From a virus (taxonomy: Duplodnaviria; Caudoviricetes): 64,000 nt of DNA. Positions within the stretch are counted from its first letter, which is position 1; each line of letters starts with the position of its first letter. The translations under genes and the position numbers were made by a program. The notes under the pieces are model-generated. The model had not been told where the DNA came from. It saw only the letters and a program-made list of their open reading frames with translations, and ran no database searches. Below, in pieces: positions 39,853 to 49,625 of the stretch. The stretch is taken from positions 224,001-288,000 of IMG/VR virus record IMGVR_UViG_3300028805_000037. One strand, given 5' to 3'.

Positions 39853-39877
39853 ATTTAAAATATAAGGAAATAATATT

Positions 39878-41668
39878 ATGTCTATTAAAAAAACAGCTTC
39901 AGAAATATTAGATAATTTTACTGGTGGAATTGTTAATATATCTAGAGGAAGAAAAAAGAAAGCGGCAATGAATAAAAAAGCTGGCGATATGAGTTATGAT
40001 GCTGCTTATGATGCAAGTAGAACACCACTTTCATACCAAGAACCCTTATATGACGCTTATCTTGTGATGTTTCCTGAATATAATTTAGTTGAAGCTAATA
40101 AAAGATATCGTCATTATGCAAAGTTTCATCCCGTACTTGGTAATTGTGTAGATATACATTCAACTTTTCCTTTTACTGATTTTGAAATAATGGTAGATAA
40201 TGAAGAAATAAAAGAATATTATACATATTTAGCTAATGATAAATATGATTTACCAAATATGAATACATTATCTGCAAGAGATGAAGTTCTTCTTGGTGAG
40301 GCAGTATTTCTTGGTAATTGGGATGAAGCTAATTTTGAATGGGAAGAATGGTTACAATATCCTCCAGAATTTATTGATATAACAACAATCCCAGGTATTT
40401 CATCTAAAGTTTTTACAATTAAACCAGATCCAGAAATACAAAATACAATCAGAGATAAAGATAAAAATAGTGATGCTAATAAGATTTTGACAGAAATACT
40501 TAAAAAGATGAATCCTAAATATTATGATGCTGCTGTTGAAGATAAACCATATACTGTACCAGAAGATAGAGTAATATATCTTGCTAATAAAATTGATGGT
40601 TATTCTAAAAGAGGATATCCTTTAACAAAAAGAGCATTACAAGATTTAATGCATGAAACAGATTTAAGAACTCTTCAACATACATTTGTACAAAGACACA
40701 TGTTCCCAATTAAATTATGGAAGTTAGGTAGTGAAAGTATGGGTTGGGTACCAAGTCAAAAACATTATCAAAATTTTAAAAAATTATTAGTGCAAGCGAG
40801 TGCAGACCCTGATTTTAACTTAATCTACCATATAGGTGTTCAATTTGAAGCAGTTGGAACTAAAGATAAAATTGAAGATTTACAACCTAAATTTGAATGG
40901 TGTTCAAAAAGAATAATGAATGCATTTTTTGTTAATGATGCTCTTCTTAATGGTGAAGCACCAAGTTATGCTGGACAAGTTGCTAATACAAAATTATTAA
41001 TGTATAGATTTGCTACAGTAAGAAATAATAGAGAAAAAGCATATAGACAAAAGATATTTTTACCTATAGCTAAAAAGCAAGGTTTAGTTAAACAAAATAA
41101 TAATGAAAAGAAAACATATACATTAATTAAAAGCAAAACATTTAGAGATACTCAATATTATCTACCTGAATTTATGTGGAGACAACAAAATACATTAAAT
41201 AATTATCAATTACAACAAATGTTAGTAGGTTTATATAATGATGGAGCTATTCCATTTGGTATAATAAGTGATATATTTGGTTTAAGTGATAAAATACTTG
41301 AAAATTATCGTAAAAAAGAACAAGGTACTTATGCAAATAGATTAACGAGAGAAATTGTAGATGAAATAGTTAAAGCTGATCCTAGTATGTCATTAAAATT
41401 TGCTTTAGGTGAAGATCCAATCGAATTATTAAAAGAAAAAAAGAAAAATGATGAAGTATTAAATAGTACAGAAGAAGGACAAAAAGATGAAAATGGAAAT
41501 ATAGATGATAATTTAGATATGAGTGGCGGAGATATGGGATTTGATTCAAGATCACCTATAGAATTAGATAATAATGAAGAAGAAACAAGTAATAATGAAG
41601 AATCTGGAAGTGAGCCTCCAATGAGTGAAACTGGAGAACCTCCATCAAATGAATCTTCAGAAATATAG
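39878..41668 (+). CDS. Portal protein
   Basis: RHYAKFHPVLGNCVDIHSTFP, LLGEAV, P.KLWKLG, acidic tail; N-terminal KKTA|S. Confidence 0.7.
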   Translation: MSIKKTASEILDNFTGGIVNISRGRKKKAAMNKKAGDMSYDAAYDASRTPLSYQEPLYDAYLVMFPEYNLVEANKRYRHYAKFHPVLGNCVDIHSTFPFTDFEIMVDNEEIKEYYTYLANDKYDLPNMNTLSARDEVLLGEAVFLGNWDEANFEWEEWLQYPPEFIDITTIPGISSKVFTIKPDPEIQNTIRDKDKNSDANKILTEILKKMNPKYYDAAVEDKPYTVPEDRVIYLANKIDGYSKRGYPLTKRALQDLMHETDLRTLQHTFVQRHMFPIKLWKLGSESMGWVPSQKHYQNFKKLLVQASADPDFNLIYHIGVQFEAVGTKDKIEDLQPKFEWCSKRIMNAFFVNDALLNGEAPSYAGQVANTKLLMYRFATVRNNREKAYRQKIFLPIAKKQGLVKQNNNEKKTYTLIKSKTFRDTQYYLPEFMWRQQNTLNNYQLQQMLVGLYNDGAIPFGIISDIFGLSDKILENYRKKEQGTYANRLTREIVDEIVKADPSMSLKFALGEDPIELLKEKKKNDEVLNSTEEGQKDENGNIDDNLDMSGGDMGFDSRSPIELDNNEEETSNNEESGSEPPMSETGEPPSNESSEI

Positions 41669-41680
41669 GAGAAAATAAAA

Positions 41681-42280
41681 ATGAAATGGACAATTAAGAA
41701 AAAAGCTGCAATAAAAACAAATGAATATATTGATGCAGTATTAGATAAATTTGTACAAAAATATAATTTAAAATTAGAAAAAGATGGTAAAGTAAGACGC
41801 TATTATTCAGCACCATTTTTACCAAATACATATATTATGTTTAGATATGATGGAAATACATATAAATTTACTATAGTAAGAGATGATGGTAGAGAAACTG
41901 GTAATTATCAAGTTAATAATAATGATTTAATTAATGCAATAATTGAATTTGAAAATAAATTAACAAATCAATCTAAATTATATAAAAATTATAATAAACA
42001 AAAAGAACAACCAAAACAAGAATTAAAACAAGAAGAACAACAAAGTAAATCAAAAACAATATATAGTGTAGAATTACTTAATAATGAAGGTGATACTGAA
42101 ACTTCAACTGATTGTAATAGTTATGATGAAGCAATACAAGCTATGGAGAAATATAAAAATAATAAAACGCAATATGTTGATAGCTGGGGTTTAAGTGGTA
42201 AAGGTAGAATAATTAAATATACACAAGATGAAAATGGTAATATAGATGGAGAAAAAGTATTAAAAACTTTTTGGTTATAG
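41681..42280 (+). CDS. Leader-bearing putative head cargo protein
   Basis: MKWTIKKKA|A. Confidence 0.65.
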   Translation: MKWTIKKKAAIKTNEYIDAVLDKFVQKYNLKLEKDGKVRRYYSAPFLPNTYIMFRYDGNTYKFTIVRDDGRETGNYQVNNNDLINAIIEFENKLTNQSKLYKNYNKQKEQPKQELKQEEQQSKSKTIYSVELLNNEGDTETSTDCNSYDEAIQAMEKYKNNKTQYVDSWGLSGKGRIIKYTQDENGNIDGEKVLKTFWL

Positions 42281-42290
42281 GAGTAATAAT

Positions 42291-42677
42291 ATGAGTAAAT
42301 GGACAAAAATAATTACTGCAGATCAAACATATCATGAAGAATATACAATAACAGTTGAAGATGATTTACCATTAATAAAATATAATAATAAAGATTATAT
42401 ATTATTTCAAGTTTTAGTAAATGTAGAAAAAATATATAATACTTATAATAAAGATATACATGATATCGTAAATGGCGAAGATAAAGTTACATATACAATT
42501 GACCAAGATATTCTTGATGAATTTGTTATAGATGAAATATATAATGTTGAATTAATTGATCCTGAGACAGATGAAATAATTAAAATTGAAAATGATAAAA
42601 ATCTTTTTAATGAAATATTAAATAATAAAGTATATATGGATTATTTTTATAATTATCTTGAAGGGTATATAGAATGA
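42291..42677 (+). CDS. Leader-bearing acidic putative head cargo protein
   Basis: MSKWTKIITA|DQ. Confidence 0.6.
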   Translation: MSKWTKIITADQTYHEEYTITVEDDLPLIKYNNKDYILFQVLVNVEKIYNTYNKDIHDIVNGEDKVTYTIDQDILDEFVIDEIYNVELIDPETDEIIKIENDKNLFNEILNNKVYMDYFYNYLEGYIE

Positions 42678-42868
42678 TAGAAAACTTACCTAATTATCTA
42701 ATTCAAGATGAAACATATATATATTGTAAAAAAGAAGATTTAAATAAACTTCAACAATATAATAAGTTTATTCCACTTGATGATTATATGGAACAAGCCA
42801 ATGCAAGAAAATTATATTATAATGTAATTGGTTTTATAGATTTTAAACAAGTAGTCATAAAAGAATAA
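42674..42868 (+). CDS. Hypothetical protein
   Basis: ORF, ATGA overlap. Confidence 0.45.
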   Translation: MIENLPNYLIQDETYIYCKKEDLNKLQQYNKFIPLDDYMEQANARKLYYNVIGFIDFKQVVIKE

Positions 42869-42909
42869 TTGTAGAAATTTAAGATTTGACGTATTTTAAT
42901 AAGTTTTTT

Positions 42910-42937
42910 AAGCTCATATAAATTAATATATGAGCTT
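42910..42937. terminator. Hairpin, possible terminator, before a late promoter motif
   Basis: AAGCTCATATA-AATTAA-TATATGAGCTT. Confidence 0.5.
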
Positions 42938-42991
42938 TAATTTAAATTTAAAAATGAATGAGGAAAACCTCAGAGAATAAAGGAGAAAAAT

Positions 42992-44119
42992 ATGGATAAC
43001 AATCAATTCATGAATGCATTCCAAAATTTTGTACAACAAGCTGCAGGACAAAGTCAATCAAATAAAGTTTTTATTAAAAACAATTCAAAATCAATTTTAT
43101 TATTACAAAATAATAAAAAAGAAGTATTTTGTAAATTAGAGCCTAAACAAGTATCAATTGAAGCATTTGATAAACAAGAATTAAGAACAAATGTTTTCAT
43201 ACAAAAGTTGTTGCAGAGTAATATGATAATATTATTAGAAGAAAGAGTTGAAGAACCTAAACCAGTATATAGAAATTATGGACAAAAATATCTTATAGGA
43301 CAAAGATGTGAAATTAAAGGTGAACATCATTTAGTTATTAATATTGTACAATATTTACCAGAAACTGGACAATATAGATGTAAACTTGAAAAAACTGGTG
43401 GAATAATGATACTTACTGAAAGAGAAATTGTACCATTATCTAAAGAAGTAATAAATAAAGAAAATAATGTTGAAACTGTAGATGTAGTAGTAAATCAAGA
43501 AAGTAAAGTAAAACCTGAAGCTAAAAATGTAAAAGATATAATGAAAGATGCACTTAATGAATTAAATGATGAAGAACAATATCAAACACCAGAAATTATA
43601 ACTGTTGAAAATCAAAAAGATTATAAAGAAATGATAGATAAAGAAGTTAATATACAAGCCGAGCAAGATATAGAAGCTGAAAAACAATTACAAAAAAGAA
43701 TATATGGAAATAAAATGCCTAATAATGAAGTAATTCAGCCTTTACCACAAGAACCTGAAGAAGATCTTGAAGAAAACATATATATAATGAGAAATAAAGA
43801 TATTAATCAAAAATTTGCTAAAGAAGTTAAAGCAAGTAAAGTTATAAATGATACAATGACAGCACAACAAAAAATACTTCAAGAAGAATTAAGTAAAGCT
43901 AAAGTTGTAGAAAGAAATAATGATAATCAGTTAAATGTAAATGAAATTCCAGAAAAATTTAGAAAATGGTTTTTAGAATTTCTTAAAAAAGATGAAAGAA
44001 AAAAGAAAATAGCAATTTCAGCTTGCAAAGATATAGAAAAACTTAATTTAATTATAAAATATTGTGGAGAATATGAACAAAATTTAGCAAAACAAAAATT
44101 GGCAATGATAGGAAAATAA
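42992..44119 (+). CDS. Hypothetical late protein
   Basis: Late promoter motif 42939-42953 and AAGGAG. Confidence 0.6.
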   Translation: MDNNQFMNAFQNFVQQAAGQSQSNKVFIKNNSKSILLLQNNKKEVFCKLEPKQVSIEAFDKQELRTNVFIQKLLQSNMIILLEERVEEPKPVYRNYGQKYLIGQRCEIKGEHHLVINIVQYLPETGQYRCKLEKTGGIMILTEREIVPLSKEVINKENNVETVDVVVNQESKVKPEAKNVKDIMKDALNELNDEEQYQTPEIITVENQKDYKEMIDKEVNIQAEQDIEAEKQLQKRIYGNKMPNNEVIQPLPQEPEEDLEENIYIMRNKDINQKFAKEVKASKVINDTMTAQQKILQEELSKAKVVERNNDNQLNVNEIPEKFRKWFLEFLKKDERKKKIAISACKDIEKLNLIIKYCGEYEQNLAKQKLAMIGK

Positions 44120-44121
44120 AA

Positions 44122-44649
44122 ATGAATAAACCTAATATAAATTTAAGAGTTTTTCGTAGAGATACAAATGATATGACATTAGTCTATAATCATAAATCAA
44201 TTCATAATAAATTTGCATTATGTCCTATTATAAGTATTGGTAAAAATGAGCTTAAATATACAATGCTTAATGAGAAATCATCTAATGCAGCTGAAGGTGA
44301 TGTAAAAGTTTTTATTGATTATCAAGAAAATAAGTTAAATTCTAAAGATAGATATAAAATTGATTTTTGTTTTGGAGAATATGATTATAGTTTAATTGTT
44401 GAACCTAAAGGTGTTATACCGAATCTTAAAGATAATATGAAATATGTATCACAAAATATGATATGGGATAATGTTAAACAACGCTGGGTTAAAACACAAT
44501 CAATGAATGATGGATTTAATAGAAATAATATGCTTGTTCATGATGCTAATAATAATGTTATATTAAATGAAATATTACAAAAATCAAAACAAAATAATGA
44601 AGTATTAAATGAAATATTAAATGAAATTAAAACAAAAATAATGAAATAA
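44122..44649 (+). CDS. Hypothetical protein
   Basis: ORF only. Confidence 0.55.
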   Translation: MNKPNINLRVFRRDTNDMTLVYNHKSIHNKFALCPIISIGKNELKYTMLNEKSSNAAEGDVKVFIDYQENKLNSKDRYKIDFCFGEYDYSLIVEPKGVIPNLKDNMKYVSQNMIWDNVKQRWVKTQSMNDGFNRNNMLVHDANNNVILNEILQKSKQNNEVLNEILNEIKTKIMK

Positions 44650-44670
44650 ATATTTTTATTTTACATTGAT

Positions 44671-44708
44671 TAAAAAAGAGTATACATTAAATTGTATACT
44701 CTTTTTTA
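44671..44708. terminator. Bidirectional terminator-like hairpin
   Basis: TAAAAAAGAGTATACA-TTAAAT-TGTATACTCTTTTTTA. Confidence 0.7.
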
Positions 44709-44725
44709 TAATATATTTGTATATA

Positions 44726-44754
44726 TTTACATTTTCATAAAAATATATTATAAT
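44726..44754 (+). promoter_or_regulatory. Sigma70-like early promoter opening an accessory islet (44790-46781)
   Basis: TTTACA-N17-TATAAT. Confidence 0.7.
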
Positions 44755-44789
44755 AATTATATAAAATAAAAAATAAAAAGGAGAAGAAA

Positions 44790-45077
44790 ATGAAAAAATC
44801 ATTAGAAGAACAAATTAAAGAATTTAAAAATTTTTTAGATGCAAATTATTTTATTTATGATTATTATACTTTAGATAATAATAAAGTTCATAATTTTATA
44901 ATTTACCCTAAAAATGATAAAACTAAATCATATAAAGTTATATTTGAAAATCAATATTGCATACGAATAATTATGAAATTTGATATGAATAATTATGTTA
45001 CAACTAATATATCACCATTACCTGGTGTATATTTTACTTTAGAAAAAACTATAGAATTTTTTAGATTATTTTTATAA
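44790..45077 (+). CDS. Hypothetical protein
   Basis: AAGGAG RBS. Confidence 0.55.
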   Translation: MKKSLEEQIKEFKNFLDANYFIYDYYTLDNNKVHNFIIYPKNDKTKSYKVIFENQYCIRIIMKFDMNNYVTTNISPLPGVYFTLEKTIEFFRLFL

Positions 45078-45139
45078 AAGTATTTACATTTTCAAAAAAT
45101 ATTATAATATTTATATATAAAAATAAAGGAGAAGAAGAA

Positions 45140-45355
45140 ATGGTAAAAACAAGTAATTATGTAGTAGAATTAATCAATAAAGGTAGTGAATTTGCAACTG
45201 AAGTTGGTAGGTTTACTTGGACTAAAGAAGAAGTAGATAAATACTGGGATGAACAAGTAATGATTTGGTTAAATGATGATAATGTAGAAATTGGTGGTAA
45301 ATTAATATTAAGAAATGAAAAAACAAATAAAATTGTAAAGGAGGCAATAAAATGA
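45140..45355 (+). CDS. Hypothetical protein
   Basis: AAGGAG RBS. Confidence 0.55.
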   Translation: MVKTSNYVVELINKGSEFATEVGRFTWTKEEVDKYWDEQVMIWLNDDNVEIGGKLILRNEKTNKIVKEAIK

Positions 45356-45717
45356 GAGTTCATTATTTAACAAGAACTGGAATGATTCCACAAGCAATAG
45401 ATTTTATTTTAAAAGAAAACCCAAATTTTGAAGTAACTTTAGAGCAATATGAAAATGCACAAAATACAAAAAAATATGATAAAAAACGAGGATATTATAC
45501 ATCTAAAGAAATACGTAGAATTAACAAGACTATAGATGAATATTTAGATAAACATTATTTAATGTACACAATAGATTATACTGATGAAAGAGATTACGGT
45601 TCAAGAATGGAAGCAATTTTAGTTTGTAAAAAACCTGAACATGATGAAAGTGGTGATGATTTTATGATATATAGTCCAGATTTTACAAAAGATATTGTAG
45701 CTTGTTTTTATAGATAA
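45352..45717 (+). CDS. Hypothetical protein
   Basis: GGAGG RBS, ATGA overlap. Confidence 0.55.
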   Translation: MRVHYLTRTGMIPQAIDFILKENPNFEVTLEQYENAQNTKKYDKKRGYYTSKEIRRINKTIDEYLDKHYLMYTIDYTDERDYGSRMEAILVCKKPEHDESGDDFMIYSPDFTKDIVACFYR

Positions 45718-45719
45718 AA

Positions 45720-46244
45720 ATGAGGAATAAAATGGAAATAGATAAAAGATTTTATATGAGTTATATAGAAAATATGTATAATTATATATCTGATTTAAAA
45801 AAATTATATGATAATAAAAAATTAATTATATTAGGTAGTGATTGGAACAATAGTAAAAAAAGTACAATAATTGAAAGTATAATATTAGGAATACCAATTA
45901 ACACAATATATATGTTTGAAAATATAAATTCAAAATTAATTTGCATTGATGGTAATAGAAGATTAGAAGCGATATTTAATTATATGAATAATAATTATGT
46001 ATTAGATGATTTATATATTATGAATAAATTAAATAATAAAAAATATTCACAATTAAAAGGTGATAATGAAAAATATTTATGTAGAATAGAAGATTGTAAA
46101 CTTCATATTATGAAGATAAGATATGATACAGATAAAGATTTTATATTGGAAATTTATCATAGATATCATAATATGAGTAAAGATAATGATTATTATATTA
46201 ATAATATAATAAATAAATATAAAGATGAAAAACCAATGTTTTAA
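45720..46244 (+). CDS. Stand-alone degenerate DUF262 (GmrS/ParB-like) domain protein
   Basis: W...KKS.IIESIILGIPI..IY.......IDGNRRL (canonical DGQQRL). Confidence 0.7.
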   Translation: MRNKMEIDKRFYMSYIENMYNYISDLKKLYDNKKLIILGSDWNNSKKSTIIESIILGIPINTIYMFENINSKLICIDGNRRLEAIFNYMNNNYVLDDLYIMNKLNNKKYSQLKGDNEKYLCRIEDCKLHIMKIRYDTDKDFILEIYHRYHNMSKDNDYYINNIINKYKDEKPMF

Positions 46245-46261
46245 TAAAAAGGAGAAGAAGA

Positions 46262-46546
46262 ATGAAAAATAAAATAATGAAACTTTATGTTATTGGACCA
46301 GAAGATGATGGAGAAGGTATTTATCATTTAGTAGCTCAAACAGGTGAAGTATTTTATGGACATTTTTGTAGTCATATAGGTTTTGCTATGGGTGATCTTT
46401 ATGCTAATAGACCTGAAAGAATAGAAGAATTAAATAAAAAATTTGGCAAAGTTAAAATTTTAAATTTAGGTGATGATAAAATAACAAGAGAAAAATTAAT
46501 TGAATTAAATAAAAAATTTTATAAGGATAAGAAAAATGGTAAATAA
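46262..46546 (+). CDS. Hypothetical protein
   Basis: AAGGAG RBS; GE....HFCSH..FA..DL. Confidence 0.55.
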   Translation: MKNKIMKLYVIGPEDDGEGIYHLVAQTGEVFYGHFCSHIGFAMGDLYANRPERIEELNKKFGKVKILNLGDDKITREKLIELNKKFYKDKKNGK

Positions 46547-46781
46547 ATCAATAAAATTGTTTTGTCCAAAATGTAACCAAATAAGAGAATTTGAAGTGCA
46601 GCATAAATTTGATATAAATAGTCATCATGATGTAAATGATGGTGTTATTGATTTTGATGATTTTGACCCAAATGCAGACATAAGATGTGAAGTAAATGTT
46701 GAATATGAAATAAGTATAAAATGTAGTTATTGTAATCATGAAATGTATAATGAAATAGGAAATGAAAACTACAAAATTTAA
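46536..46781 (+). CDS. Small Zn-ribbon protein
   Basis: CPKC...CSYC. Confidence 0.5.
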   Translation: MVNKSIKLFCPKCNQIREFEVQHKFDINSHHDVNDGVIDFDDFDPNADIRCEVNVEYEISIKCSYCNHEMYNEIGNENYKI

Positions 46782-46813
46782 ATTTAAAATATATTGTTTT
46801 TTTGAGGATAAAA

Positions 46814-47398
46814 ATGGCTAAATGGACTATTAAAAAACAAGCAGAAAATAAAACTTATGAAGAAAAAATGTTAAATGAAATTAAAGAAGCTGATGAAAGA
46901 ATAAAAGAATTAAAAAAGAGTATAGATTTTTGGGAAAGACATAAAATAGATATTCAAAATCAAATTAAGAAGAATAAAGGTGATAGTGAAAATCCTGAAA
47001 TTAAAAATAAAGTTCAATCTCTTATAAATAAATTAGAGAAAAATTTAGATGAATGGAATAAAGCATTTAATGATCTTAAACAACAAGCTGGTATAAGTAA
47101 TTTACGTGATTTAATAGTTAAATATAATAAATATTTTACAGATAAAGGTCAATATCCTAAAATTGATTATTATAATATTTATAAAAAATTTATTGAACAT
47201 AAACAATATTTAAATATGTATTTAAGAAAATATAAAAATGAAAATAATTTATCTGATTTAAATTATAATTTGAAAAATATATTTAATAATAATGATTTAT
47301 GGTTTAATAGATCAGAAAATGAAGAATATACTGTACAATATTTTTATAATGAATTACTTAAAATGGTTGATTTTTGTAAAAAACATAATATAAAATAA
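46814..47398 (+). CDS. Leader-bearing putative head cargo protein
   Basis: MAKWTIKKQA|EN; late promoter motif at 46775. Confidence 0.65.
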   Translation: MAKWTIKKQAENKTYEEKMLNEIKEADERIKELKKSIDFWERHKIDIQNQIKKNKGDSENPEIKNKVQSLINKLEKNLDEWNKAFNDLKQQAGISNLRDLIVKYNKYFTDKGQYPKIDYYNIYKKFIEHKQYLNMYLRKYKNENNLSDLNYNLKNIFNNNDLWFNRSENEEYTVQYFYNELLKMVDFCKKHNIK

Positions 47399-47399
47399 A

Positions 47400-47561
47400 A
47401 TGAATAACTGGACTAAAATATTATCTTATATAAGAAAAGAAAAAGGCGTATATAATGTATATTCTGAAAAAGGTAAATGTTTAGGTAAAGGTTATAAAAC
47501 AAAAGAAGACGCTGAAAAACGTCTTAAACAAATAGAATACTTTAAACATAAAGGAGATTAA
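47400..47561 (+). CDS. 53-aa leader-bearing protein (not in ORF track)
   Basis: MNNWTKILS|YIRKEKGVYNVYSEKGKCLG..YKTKEDAEKRLKQIEYFKH; resembles a module of the protease tail. Confidence 0.65.
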   Translation: MNNWTKILSYIRKEKGVYNVYSEKGKCLGKGYKTKEDAEKRLKQIEYFKHKGD

Positions 47562-47562
47562 A

Positions 47563-47916
47563 ATGAGTAAATTTTTTAAAGTAAAATCTAGTAAACAAAT
47601 AAAGTCTGGAAATGAAGTAAATGTTAAAATGAATCTTGATGAATATGTTGAACTTCTTAAAATGATATATAATTCACGATTTTCTGATATTGATGAAGTA
47701 AAACAATCATTATTTCCTAAATTAACTGAATTTATTCATGAAGCTGGTTATGATAATATTGAATCACCGCAAGAAATGATAGATAGATATATTAATAGAG
47801 CAGATGTTCATTATAGAAGTGAATTTGAACCTAATGAAACATATAATACTTGGGAAGAATATTGTAGTGATAATGCAATATTATGGAATGATGAATATGC
47901 AATAATTAGTTTTTAA
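47563..47916 (+). CDS. Leader-bearing putative head cargo protein
   Basis: MSKFFKVKSSKQIKS. Confidence 0.6.
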   Translation: MSKFFKVKSSKQIKSGNEVNVKMNLDEYVELLKMIYNSRFSDIDEVKQSLFPKLTEFIHEAGYDNIESPQEMIDRYINRADVHYRSEFEPNETYNTWEEYCSDNAILWNDEYAIISF

Positions 47917-47987
47917 TATATATTATAAAAATAATATAAAATAGCTCCGGGAAATTTAAATTTAAAAATGTCAGGAGCTATTTTTAT

Positions 47988-49625
47988 ATGTCAATAAAAT
48001 CAAAATTTTCTCCACTTGGTTATCTTTTTCCTAAAATACCAAAAATAAAATTAACAATTGTTTGTAATATTGTATGTGATAATATTTATTTAAATGGTGT
48101 CTCTGTTGCACAGAATGTTAGCCAGATTGAAAATCTTGAAGTAAATAAAGGATTATTATGTAATATTAAATTTGAAGCATCTGGGTATGATAGCTTAATT
48201 CTAGAGCCACAGGTAATATATGAAGATACTACAATTGAAGGTTATATAGGTGCAACTGATACATTAATATTGAATATTAATTCAGGTGATGAAGGTGAAT
48301 TTTATATACCTTTAAATCATTATAGACAAGTTAATTATAATTGGAATATAAAATGGGGTGATGGAACTCCTACTCAGAACGTAACTGGAATATATTCATC
48401 ATCTAATACTGGTATACTTCATGAATATCCTAATAAAAATACAAATTATACAATAACAATAACTCGAAATCAAGCATCTAATTATAATGGTTGGTTACTT
48501 GCATTTGGTTTTGATACTACTACTACAAATTATGGACCTCATTCACTTATTAATAAAGGTAAAATATATCTTGTAGATGGTGAACTTACCGAATCAATGT
48601 TTTATGATATAATGAGACCAGCAGGTAGAACACCTGTTGATATGTCACAAAATGATTATAAATATGCATATATGTTTAATGATTGTAGAAATCTTCAACT
48701 TGGTAATTCAATTTCAATGCCAAGACATTATAATATAAATAAATCTGGAACTCATTATTGTGAAAATATGTTTTTAAATTGTACTTCACTTACAAGTTTA
48801 AAGAATTTTCAATTTGATGGAGAACATATAGAAGCAAGTGATTATTATTGTAATTCAATGTTTCAAGGTTGTATAAATCTTGTTGATATTGGTAATTTTA
48901 GTATAGGTACTTATGACGATGATGGAACAATGTATCAAGGTCCGCAAATAGCCGGCACTTACATGTGTGCTAATATGTTTAGAAATTGTCAATCATTAAT
49001 TTCATTACAAAATTTTGTACTTTCTGATTCATTATCTGTACTTGGTGATTATTCATTATCAAATATGTTTAATAATTGTAAATTACTTAATGATGTATCT
49101 GATTTTAATTTTCCACGTTATATGACTACAGCACCAAGATCAGCATTTGCATATAAAATATTTTATGATTGTCAATCACTTGAAGATCTTGGTAATATGA
49201 AAATACCTAATATAACATCTATTAATAATAGTACTGAATCTGAAATAACAGATAATAATGAATCAAGTTGGATTGGCTATTTTGAAAGTGCATTTGAAAA
49301 TTGTATATCTTTAAAAACAGGTTATACATCATTTTTAAGTAATTGGACAAATGCTACTCAAGCTATGATAGATTATCATTGGTATTATTATGTTGTTATA
49401 CCTTATGCAGCTATAAAAGTTCTTGTATATTATAGAACATTCTATAAAATGTTTAAAAATTGTACATCTATAGAAGAAATACTCACTACTAATATTAAAC
49501 CTCTTTCATTTACTCCAACAAGATCTTCAGATCAAAATGAACCTTATTCTTATTATATTGAAAAACAAACTTTTAGAGGCTGTCCTTCAGAATATGTTAG
49601 TCAATTAAATGCAAATTGGTTATAA
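47988..49625 (+). CDS. Virion surface/adhesin-like protein with PKD-like domain and BspA/DUF285-type LRRs
   Basis: IKWGDG; repeated MFxxCxxL units. Confidence 0.7.
   Translation: MSIKSKFSPLGYLFPKIPKIKLTIVCNIVCDNIYLNGVSVAQNVSQIENLEVNKGLLCNIKFEASGYDSLILEPQVIYEDTTIEGYIGATDTLILNINSGDEGEFYIPLNHYRQVNYNWNIKWGDGTPTQNVTGIYSSSNTGILHEYPNKNTNYTITITRNQASNYNGWLLAFGFDTTTTNYGPHSLINKGKIYLVDGELTESMFYDIMRPAGRTPVDMSQNDYKYAYMFNDCRNLQLGNSISMPRHYNINKSGTHYCENMFLNCTSLTSLKNFQFDGEHIEASDYYCNSMFQGCINLVDIGNFSIGTYDDDGTMYQGPQIAGTYMCANMFRNCQSLISLQNFVLSDSLSVLGDYSLSNMFNNCKLLNDVSDFNFPRYMTTAPRSAFAYKIFYDCQSLEDLGNMKIPNITSINNSTESEITDNNESSWIGYFESAFENCISLKTGYTSFLSNWTNATQAMIDYHWYYYVVIPYAAIKVLVYYRTFYKMFKNCTSIEEILTTNIKPLSFTPTRSSDQNEPYSYYIEKQTFRGCPSEYVSQLNANWL

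Larger units (their letters stand above)
38414..39860 (+). repeat. 27-bp direct repeat (38414-38440, 39834-39860) bracketing element 3 plus its nuclease
   Basis: TTGGTTCAATAAAATTTAAATTTAAAA twice; both upstream ORFs end WFNKI*. Confidence 0.85.

Noticed and set aside
33699-39860. Group I introns or HDV/theta ribozymes for the nuclease-linked elements
   Set aside because: They lie between complete genes; no P7 core, P3/L3 or catalytic C arrangement is recognisable
45083-45108. Sigma70 promoter before 45140
   Set aside because: TTTACA and TATAAT are only 14 nt apart; probably a degenerate copy
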